A DNA stretch of 64,000 bases, taken from NCBI GenBank assembly GCA_946533675.1, contig CAMNBZ010000001.1, forward strand, positions 64,224 to 128,223, read 5' to 3'. A program made the position numbers and the translations under genes. This stretch comes from an uncultured Verrucomicrobiota bacterium. Its GTDB lineage: Bacteria; Verrucomicrobiota; Kiritimatiellia; RFP12; UBA1067. Position 1 is the stretch's first letter; every line of letters starts with the position of its first letter. The notes under the pieces are model-generated. The model was given only the letters and a program-made list of their open reading frames with translations, was not told the origin of the DNA and did no database searches. Below, one piece after another: positions 43,927 to 51,451 of this stretch.

Positions 43927-46893
43927 TCACTCCCCCTCTTTGGGTATGCGGCGATAGCGGTAGCTGGAGAACGCCGTGTTCTTGAACACCTTCCACACCG
44001 GATAGACGCTGCCGTCGGGACGGATGCGCTCCTGGTAGCGGTCGATGTCCATCAAATCGGCCATCTTCGCCGAAAACACCTCGTTGCCGTCAATGGCAAT
44101 CGTCAGCCGATCCGAAGCGGCGACGAGGCGGAACGCGTGCGAGGGCGTGCGGGCGAGATCGCCCTTCCGGACCACGAACTGCGGCGACCACCCGTCGTCA
44201 TACGCCTTCTGGAAATCGGAAGAATCCGTCTTCTCGGCGGCGGCAAGGTTTTCCTCGGTGTAGGACTCGACCGAGTAGTGGTCGCCCGCTTCGTCGCGCC
44301 AGAACCGGATATACGGATAGGCCCAGGAATTCGAGTTCATGCAGAACCCCACATACGGATGCGACAGCCCCCAGCCGATGTTCCAGTACTTCTGCTTCGG
44401 GTCCTTCTCCTCGAAATGCACCGTCCCCTCGTATTCGTATCCGATGCCGGGCAATGGCACCAGGATGCGATAGTAGCACTTGTTTCCCTTGTCGTAGATA
44501 CGCGCCCGTCCGTCCTTTCCCGTTCCGACCATGCTCCACCAATGATTGGCCTCGAAGCCCTTCGGCGTCGGCATCGCGTCCACCCAGCCGCCCGCCGCCT
44601 CCTGCAGCGCCTTCCGCGCCTTGAAATAGTGGCGCGACGCCACGACATACGCCTCCTCGCGCAGCCTGGGCGTCTTCAGCAGTTTCTCCGACGCCGCAAG
44701 CACGGCCCGCAGGTCGCCCCTGTGCGCCGCCTCGCCCAGGCGAATCGTGTCTTCGCGCGTCTTCTTGTCGCCCAGGGCGATGAACATGTTCACCTGCGGC
44801 AGATACTCGCCGTTGGGGGCGGCGTAGCGCAGCCACAGGGCGTCGTGCCAGCTCGTCAGCGAGGTCGTGATCTGAGACGCGTACTGCCGCACCTTGTCCC
44901 AGTCGTCAAGCTGCATCGCCAGCGCCATCGCCATGCCCCGGAACGCATCGACGGACGGCATCAGCGGCTGCTCCCCGGCGGCGATGTAGGCGTCGAACAT
45001 CCCGAAGATCGCGTCGCGGAGCGCCGGGCCGATCACGTAGGCGCAGATGTTGGTGTCGGTGGGAACGCCCTCGACCTCCCATCGATAGATGTTGGACAGC
45101 GCGGCGGCGGTCGCGCGATACGCGAACGTCGAATCGGTGCGAACGTTGCTCGCGGCGTTCGAGGCGACAGAATAGAGGTAGGCCGTCGAACCGCTCCAGC
45201 GCGTCGTCTGGCCGTGCAGCACCTGCCCGATGCGGCTTGTCGCCTGGTCGAGCGAATTGGAGACGGCGCGGTTAAAGAGCTCCGCGCCGTCGCCCGCGCG
45301 GTTGTAGCCGTAGTTCTTCGCCAGGTGCATCATGGCGCGCGCGCCGTCGGGCTTGAGCCGGATCGCCGCGACCAGGTCGGCGTCGCCGCCCGCGTTCAGC
45401 AAGTCGAGATAGTCGTAGCCCACGAGCTTGCCGGCATCCGGGGCGACGAACGCAATGCCGTTGAGGTTTTCGATGATCTGCTTGTCCGCCTCCCGGAAGA
45501 AGCCCGCCACCTTCTCGAACGCATTGCTGCGCGCCGCGTAAATGGCGCTGAAATCGACTTTCTTCTCGCTGTCCTTCATGTCCTTTCGCACCCCGGTCCA
45601 GTCGGCATGGCCCCAGCGGATCAGGAACCCGAGCATCGGCTCGGCCGCGTCGTCGTGCTTGGCGGCCATCTCCTTGAACATCTTGCCGCCCTGCCAGTAT
45701 TTCTGCTCCTTGGAGAATCCCAGATAGCGCACCAGGCCGACCGCCGCGTCCCGGCACTTCGCCTTGTTCCAGAGGTCGTTCGCCTCGTTGAACTCGGCCC
45801 CGGTCGGGAACTCGTCGCGGGCGGTCGCCAGCTTGCGCGCCAGCGTCTCGCGCACCTTGACGACGCGCGCCGCCGTCTTCGCGTCCATCCCCTTCGGCGC
45901 GCGAAACGTCTCCACAACGTGCCGCCGCCAGAACGGCAGCGCGACCTGCTCGAAGAACGCGGCGTCCGTGTGCGCGTCCTCCGGCTTCGGCGGGACGAAA
46001 ACCGGCCGCCGCCGCGCCGCCGCCCAGCCGTCGTCGTCATCGTCGTCGTCCTCTTCGATTTCCTTGTCGAGCGTGCCGTTTTTCTTCGCCTCCTCGAACT
46101 TCTCGATTGCCTGCCGCAGCATGGCGAAGTTTTCTTCCCGGTCGCCGATGAGTTCCTGCTTGCGCGCCTCCATGTTCACCGGCACCTCCATCGCCTTCGC
46201 CTCGGCGAGCGTCTTTTCGAGAAGCGGCACGTAGCGAGGATAGACCTCCCCGAGCAAGACCTGCTGCATGCACTTCATCGCTTCGCGCTCGATTTGCTTT
46301 CGTTCCGACTTGGAAAGCTCCTTCGCCGGCAGCGGGAACTTCTCCTTGAACTTCTCCAACGCCGCGCGCGAATCCTCGGCCATCTGGTCGTCATAGCGTT
46401 GGAGCACCTTTTCAATCGGCTGGATGTACTTCTTGATGTCCGGCGCGTCGCGGATTTCGGATTCGAGCTTTTCGAGGTAATTTTCGGACCCGCCTTTTTC
46501 GTAGCCCAGCCGGCAGACTTCCTCGCCCTTCGGGTCGAGGACAATGACAGTCGGGAAGCCTTCGACGCCGAACTTCTCGACGAGCTTCGGGTTCTGCGCC
46601 TTCGCCTGGTCGGACAGCAGCGAGTCGTCTTCCGGCGAGTCCACCATGAGCAGGACGTATTTCTCGGCGGCGGCCTTGAGGAACGTGTCGGTCGCGAACA
46701 CCTCCTTGTCGAGGCGCTTGCACCATCCGCACCAGTCGCTACCCGAGAAGTCGACGACGACGTACTTGTTCTCGGCAGCGGCCTTCTTGAGGGCGGCATC
46801 GTAGTCGTCGAGCCATCCTTCGGGAGTTGAGGTCTTGGCGAACGCAGCCAGCGCAAAGAGCGCGGCGCACAACAACGGGATCGTGTTCTTCAT
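43927..46893 (-). CDS. secreted thioredoxin-domain protein with a large uncharacterised C-terminal region (988 aa)
   Basis: Signal peptide. VVVDFSGSDWCGWCKRLDKEVF (CxxC). An EEDDDDDDDGW acidic tract. About 700 further residues with no recognised family. Confidence 0.7.
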   Translation of the reverse strand: MKNTIPLLCAALFALAAFAKTSTPEGWLDDYDAALKKAAAENKYVVVDFSGSDWCGWCKRLDKEVFATDTFLKAAAEKYVLLMVDSPEDDSLLSDQAKAQNPKLVEKFGVEGFPTVIVLDPKGEEVCRLGYEKGGSENYLEKLESEIRDAPDIKKYIQPIEKVLQRYDDQMAEDSRAALEKFKEKFPLPAKELSKSERKQIEREAMKCMQQVLLGEVYPRYVPLLEKTLAEAKAMEVPVNMEARKQELIGDREENFAMLRQAIEKFEEAKKNGTLDKEIEEDDDDDDDGWAAARRRPVFVPPKPEDAHTDAAFFEQVALPFWRRHVVETFRAPKGMDAKTAARVVKVRETLARKLATARDEFPTGAEFNEANDLWNKAKCRDAAVGLVRYLGFSKEQKYWQGGKMFKEMAAKHDDAAEPMLGFLIRWGHADWTGVRKDMKDSEKKVDFSAIYAARSNAFEKVAGFFREADKQIIENLNGIAFVAPDAGKLVGYDYLDLLNAGGDADLVAAIRLKPDGARAMMHLAKNYGYNRAGDGAELFNRAVSNSLDQATSRIGQVLHGQTTRWSGSTAYLYSVASNAASNVRTDSTFAYRATAAALSNIYRWEVEGVPTDTNICAYVIGPALRDAIFGMFDAYIAAGEQPLMPSVDAFRGMAMALAMQLDDWDKVRQYASQITTSLTSWHDALWLRYAAPNGEYLPQVNMFIALGDKKTREDTIRLGEAAHRGDLRAVLAASEKLLKTPRLREEAYVVASRHYFKARKALQEAAGGWVDAMPTPKGFEANHWWSMVGTGKDGRARIYDKGNKCYYRILVPLPGIGYEYEGTVHFEEKDPKQKYWNIGWGLSHPYVGFCMNSNSWAYPYIRFWRDEAGDHYSVESYTEENLAAAEKTDSSDFQKAYDDGWSPQFVVRKGDLARTPSHAFRLVAASDRLTIAIDGNEVFSAKMADLMDIDRYQERIRPDGSVYPVWKVFKNTAFSSYRYRRIPKEGE

Positions 46894-46916
46894 TGATGGT
46901 CTTTTCGTATTGAATG

Positions 46917-46931
46917 ATATTATATCAAATC
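46917..46931 (-). promoter_or_regulatory. extended -10 promoter (ATTTGATATAATATC)
   Basis: About 25 nt upstream of ATG 46893. Overlaps the rnhB stop region. Confidence 0.45.
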
Positions 46932-47548
46932 ACATTGGCCACCGGCCCGAAGCTGCGGCGGTGCGCGGGACACGGCCCGAGCCGCTTCAGCGCCGCAAGG
47001 TGCGCCGGTGTCGGATAACCCTTGTGCTGCGCAAAGCCGTAGCCGGGATAGGTGCGTTCCAGCTCCCGGCATTCGGCGTCGCGCGCCGTCTTGGCGAGAA
47101 TCGACGCCGCCGCGATGAAGAGCGACTGTGCGTCGCCCTTGACGATGTTCTGCGACGGATAGGGCAGGCCCGGCACCGCCAGCCCGTCGACGAGGATGCG
47201 CGGCGACGCGCCCGCCAGCCGCGCGCCCGCCGCTTCCGCCGCGCGCCGCATCGCGAGGTGCGTCGCCTTCAGGATGTTCAGCCGGTCGATCTCGGCGGGG
47301 CTCGCGCTTGCGACCGCCCACGTGCAGCCGACGGTCGCGCGGATGACGGCGGCGAGCTGTTCGCGCTTCTTCTCCGTCAGCTTTTTCGAATCGTTGATTT
47401 CGCGCCAGTCGCCGGCAACGAGCCGTTCGGCGAGATCGAGCGGCACCGACACCGCCGCCGCGTAGACGCCGCCGGCGAGCGGGCCGCGGCCCGCCTCGTC
47501 AATGCCGATGACCGTGCCGCCGGCCGCGCGCTCAAAGTCCAGCGTCAT
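46925..47548 (-). CDS. rnhB: ribonuclease HII
   Basis: VIGIDEAGRGPLAGGVYAAAV..INDSKKLTEKKRE..VKGD..ASILAK. Confidence 0.9.
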   Translation of the reverse strand: MTLDFERAAGGTVIGIDEAGRGPLAGGVYAAAVSVPLDLAERLVAGDWREINDSKKLTEKKREQLAAVIRATVGCTWAVASASPAEIDRLNILKATHLAMRRAAEAAGARLAGASPRILVDGLAVPGLPYPSQNIVKGDAQSLFIAAASILAKTARDAECRELERTYPGYGFAQHKGYPTPAHLAALKRLGPCPAHRRSFGPVANVI

Positions 47549-47813
47549 GCCCGTTCGTTTCGGCGGCCGGCGCGTCCGCGTCTGCGGCCGGTTCGGCGGG
47601 CGCGTCGCTCGCGCACGCCGCGCCCTTCGGCGCGTCGCGCTGCTGCCGCTCTTCCAGGAGCTGCCGCGTCCACGCCAGTTCCTGCTGCGTGCGGATCAGC
47701 TCCCTTTTCGCTTCGTTCAGCCGCGTGCGCAGATCGAAGATCATCAGCGCCATCACGACGAGGATCACCAGCGTGACGATGGTCCGGAACAGCTGCAACA
47801 TGAACTTTTTCAT
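47532..47813 (-). CDS. small membrane-anchored coiled-coil protein (FtsB/DivIC-like)
   Basis: TM helix TIVTLVILVVMALMIF followed by RLNEAKRELIRTQQELAWTRQLLEERQ. Confidence 0.4.
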   Translation of the reverse strand: MKKFMLQLFRTIVTLVILVVMALMIFDLRTRLNEAKRELIRTQQELAWTRQLLEERQQRDAPKGAACASDAPAEPAADADAPAAETNGHDAGL

Positions 47814-47816
47814 CTT

Positions 47817-49625
47817 CTACTCCTTGATAGTGCCCTTCAGCACCGCGATGAACGCGGACTGCGGGACGTTGACGTGGCCGAACTCCTTCATCCGCGCCTT
47901 GCCGCGCTTCTGCTTCTCGAGGACCTTCATCTTGCGCGTGACGTCGCCGCCGTAGAGCTTGGCGAGCACGTCCTTGCGGAACGGGCGGATGTCCTCGCGC
48001 GCGATGATCTCCTTGCCGATCGCGGCCTGCACCGGAATCTTGAACTGGTGCGGCGGAATCGTCTCGGCGAGCGCCTTGCACATCTGGATGCCGCGCGCGC
48101 GCGCCTTGTCGCGGTGCACCATCGTCGCGAACGCATCCACCGTCTCGGAGTTGAGGAGGATGTCCATCTTCACGATGTCCGAGACCTGGTAGCCCGCCGG
48201 CTCGTAGTCCATCGACGCGTAGCCGTGCGAGACCGACTTGAGCGTGTCGTGGAAGTCGATCAGGATCTCGTTCAGCGGCAGTTTGCAGTGGAGCATCACG
48301 CGCCGCGCGTCCATCGTCTCCGTGCCCTCCACCGTGCCGCGCCGGTCGATGACGATGCGCATCACGTCGCCGATCGACTCCGACGGCGTGATGATGCGCG
48401 CGGTGAGGATCGGTTCGGAGATCGTCTCGAGCGCCGAGGGGTCGGGCATCTGCAGCGGGTTGTCGAGCTCGCGCTCCTCGCCCGACTTCATCTTGAGCCG
48501 GTAGACGACGCCGGGGCTCGTCGAGATGATGTCGAGCCCGAATTCGCGCCGCAGCCGCTCCTGGACGATCTCCATGTGCAGCAGCCCCAGGAACCCGCAG
48601 CGGAAGCCGAAGCCAAGCGCGAGCGAGCTTTCGTGGTGGAAGGTGAACGCGCTGTCGTTCAGGTGCAGCTTCTCCAGCCCCGCCGCGACCTTCGGAAACT
48701 CGTCGGTCGACATCGGGTAGATGCCGCAGAAGACGGTCGGGTGGATGTCGTGGAAGCCCGGCAGCGGCTCGGTGGCGCCGAGGCGCGACGTCGTCACCGT
48801 ATCGCCGATCTTGATCTCGCTCGGGTCCTTCACGGTGCCGACGATGTAGCCGACCTGCCCCGCCTCCAGCCGGTCGACCGGCTTCTTGTTCGGCGAGAAG
48901 ATGCCGACCTCGTGCACGGTCGTCGAGACGTGCGAGCCCATGAACGTGACGCCCTGGCCCGCCTTGAGCGTGCCGTCCATCACGCGCACGTACGTGATGA
49001 CGCCGCGGAACTCGTCAAACACCGAATCGAACACGAGCGCGCGCAGCGGCGCGTCCACGCCCCGGGTCGTCGGCGGCGGGATGCGCCGGACGATGGCCTC
49101 CAGCACGGCGGGGCAGCCCGCACCCGTCTTCGCCGAGACGAGCAGCGGATCGTCCATCGGAATGGCGAGGATGTCTTCGATCTCGCGCGAGACTTCCGCG
49201 ACATTCGCGCCCGGCAGGTCGACCTTGTTGAGGACGGGGACGATCTCCAGCTTCGCGTCCTGCGCGAAGTAGGTGTTGGCGACCGTCTGCGCCTCGACGC
49301 CCTGCGCGGCGTCGACGACGAGGAGCGCCCCTTCGCACGCGCCCATCGAGCGCGACACCTCGTAGGCGAAGTCGACGTGGCCGGGCGTGTCCAGCAGGTT
49401 GAAGAGGTAGGTTTTGCCGTCCTTGGCCGTGTAGTGCATCGAGACGGGGTGCGACTTGATGGTGATGCCGCGCTCGCGCTCGAGGTCCATCGCGTCGAGC
49501 GTCTGTTCCTTCAGCTCGCGCGCGCTGATGGCGTTGGTCAATTCCAGAATGCGGTCGGAGAGCGTCGTCTTGCCGTGGTCGACGTGCGCGATGATGCAAA
49601 AATTTCTGACTGTCTCAAGCGTCAT
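47817..49625 (-). CDS. lepA: translation elongation factor 4
   Basis: MTLETVRNFCIIAHVDHGKTTLSDR..LLDTPGHVDF..NKVDL; LepA C-terminal region. ATG 49623-49625. Confidence 0.95.
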   Translation of the reverse strand: MTLETVRNFCIIAHVDHGKTTLSDRILELTNAISARELKEQTLDAMDLERERGITIKSHPVSMHYTAKDGKTYLFNLLDTPGHVDFAYEVSRSMGACEGALLVVDAAQGVEAQTVANTYFAQDAKLEIVPVLNKVDLPGANVAEVSREIEDILAIPMDDPLLVSAKTGAGCPAVLEAIVRRIPPPTTRGVDAPLRALVFDSVFDEFRGVITYVRVMDGTLKAGQGVTFMGSHVSTTVHEVGIFSPNKKPVDRLEAGQVGYIVGTVKDPSEIKIGDTVTTSRLGATEPLPGFHDIHPTVFCGIYPMSTDEFPKVAAGLEKLHLNDSAFTFHHESSLALGFGFRCGFLGLLHMEIVQERLRREFGLDIISTSPGVVYRLKMKSGEERELDNPLQMPDPSALETISEPILTARIITPSESIGDVMRIVIDRRGTVEGTETMDARRVMLHCKLPLNEILIDFHDTLKSVSHGYASMDYEPAGYQVSDIVKMDILLNSETVDAFATMVHRDKARARGIQMCKALAETIPPHQFKIPVQAAIGKEIIAREDIRPFRKDVLAKLYGGDVTRKMKVLEKQKRGKARMKEFGHVNVPQSAFIAVLKGTIKE

Positions 49626-49631
49626 AAAGTG

Positions 49632-49647
49632 ATAGTATATCAAATCC
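49632..49647 (-). promoter_or_regulatory. extended -10 promoter (ATTTGATATACTATC); near-leaderless lepA
   Basis: TATACT ends 8 nt before the lepA ATG. Confidence 0.5.
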
Positions 49648-49719
49648 CGCCCGCCTCCGCCAAGTAACGTCCGGCCCAGGAACATCCCCCGCCTTTGTTA
49701 AAGGCTGCCGAGCCCTTGG

Positions 49720-49850
49720 AGTAGGGCGCGTTGTCCTCAACGCGCCGGAATGCGGTGCGGCGGCTTGAGGACAAGCCGCCCTACCAGAGGTGCCCTGTCC
49801 GTCATATTCCGTGTCAATTGATGGTAGGGCGCGTTGTCCTCAACGCGCCG
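49720..49850. repeat. REP-like hairpin elements (convergent pair at 49720-49786 plus a single copy at 49823-49850)
   Basis: GTAGGGCGCGTTGTCCTCAACGCGCC..GCGGCGGCTTGAGGACAAGCCGCCCTACC and GGTAGGGCGCGTTGTCCTCAACGCGCC. Confidence 0.9.
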
Positions 49851-49857
49851 GAAAGTT

Positions 49858-50721
49858 TCAGGCGGGGGGACGGGAGGAGAGGACGGCGGCGGCGACGATC
49901 ACCGCAAAGCCCGCCACCGACAGCGCGTCCGGCACCTGCGCGAAAAAGGAAAAGCCGAAAAGCGCCGTGAAGATGACGTTCGTGTAGTCGAAGACCGCGA
50001 TCTCGTGCGGCGGCGCGAAGCGGTACGCCGCCGTCACGCCGAACTGCCCCACCGCCGCCGCGCAGCCCGCGCCGACCATGACGAGCACCTGCCGCGTCGT
50101 CATCGGATCGGGCGCGGCGATGAAGAACGGCAGCGAGGCGAGCGTCGAAAACGCGCTGAAGAAGAGGACGATCAGCGCGCCGTTCACGCGCAGGATCCCC
50201 AGCTCGCGCACGCACGTGTACGCCACGCCCGCGCCCAGCCCGCCGCCGAGCGCGCAGACGGTCGCGAACGTCGCCGCGCCCTGAAAGCCCGGCTTCATCA
50301 CAAGGAGCGCGCCCGCGAACGCCGCGACGAGCCCCGCCAGCTGCCGCCGCGTGACGCGCTCGCGCAGAAAGAGGCCCGCGAAGAGCACCGCGAAGAACGG
50401 CGCGGTCTTGTTGAGCGTCATCGCCTCGCCGATGTTGATGCGCGAGAGCGCGTAGAAGTTCCCGAAGATGCCGATGCACCCCGCGACCGAGCGCGCGACG
50501 AGCAGCGCCCACGCCCGCGCGTTCTTCGGCAGCTCGCGCGCCGGTTCGCGCGCGAAGACGACCGCCGCGATCGCAAACGCGATCAGGTTGCGGAAGAGGC
50601 TTTTCTGAAACGTGTTGACCGGCGCGCCGACCTCGTCGCACAACCGCACGAAAAACGCCATCGCCGCGAAGCCGAACGCGCTCGCGACGAGGCAGCAGAT
50701 TCCCTTCTGACGATTCGACAT
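49858..50721 (-). CDS. EamA/DMT-family transporter
   Basis: 10-TM pattern with two EamA-like halves. Confidence 0.8.
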   Translation of the reverse strand: MSNRQKGICCLVASAFGFAAMAFFVRLCDEVGAPVNTFQKSLFRNLIAFAIAAVVFAREPARELPKNARAWALLVARSVAGCIGIFGNFYALSRINIGEAMTLNKTAPFFAVLFAGLFLRERVTRRQLAGLVAAFAGALLVMKPGFQGAATFATVCALGGGLGAGVAYTCVRELGILRVNGALIVLFFSAFSTLASLPFFIAAPDPMTTRQVLVMVGAGCAAAVGQFGVTAAYRFAPPHEIAVFDYTNVIFTALFGFSFFAQVPDALSVAGFAVIVAAAVLSSRPPA

Positions 50722-50757
50722 CTGCGTGCAGATGGCCGAACTGCGTTCGGCCGCGCC

Positions 50758-51450
50758 TCAGCCCATCTGGGCGAGAATGTCGCGCGCCGCCGCCGCCGGA
50801 TCCGCCGCCGCCAGGATCGGCCGCCCGACGACGAGATGCGTCGCGCCGCCCTTCACCGCGTCGGCCGGCGTCGCCACGCGCTTCTGGTCGCCGACCGCCG
50901 CGCCCGCCGGCCGCACGCCGGGCGTGACGAAAAGCGTTCCCGCCGCGAGCGCCGCCTTGAGCCGCGCGACCTCCTGCGGCGAGCAGACGAGGCCGTGCGC
51001 GCCGTGCGCGGTCGCGAACTTCGCCATCGCCAGCACCTGGTCCGCCGGGTCGCGCCCGGTGATGCCGACATCCTCCAGGTCGCTGCGGTCGAGCGAGGTC
51101 AGGACCGTCACCGCGAGAATCTTCGGGCCCGCCGCGCCAAACTCCGCGCTCGCGTCCGCCGCCGCGCGGATCATCGCCTTGCCGCCGACGGAATGGATCG
51201 TCATCAAGTCGACGCCGAGCTTCCCGCCCGAACGGACCGCGCGTTCGACCGTGCGCGGGATGTCGTGGAACTTGAGATCGAGAAACACCTTCTTGCCGAG
51301 GTCCTTCACCGCCTTGACGACGTCCGGCCCCTCCGCCGTGAACAGCTCCAGCCCGATCTTGTAGAACCCGACCGCGTCACCGATCGCGCGGACCTTGGCG
51401 ACCGCCTCCTCCCGCGTCTGGACGTCCAACGCAACAATCAATTCCGCCAT
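50758..51450 (-). CDS. pyrF: orotidine 5'-phosphate decarboxylase
   Basis: MAELIVALDV..GFYKIGLELF..FLDLKFHDIP..VVGRPI. Confidence 0.9.
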   Translation of the reverse strand: MAELIVALDVQTREEAVAKVRAIGDAVGFYKIGLELFTAEGPDVVKAVKDLGKKVFLDLKFHDIPRTVERAVRSGGKLGVDLMTIHSVGGKAMIRAAADASAEFGAAGPKILAVTVLTSLDRSDLEDVGITGRDPADQVLAMAKFATAHGAHGLVCSPQEVARLKAALAAGTLFVTPGVRPAGAAVGDQKRVATPADAVKGGATHLVVGRPILAAADPAAAARDILAQMG

Positions 51451-51451
51451 C

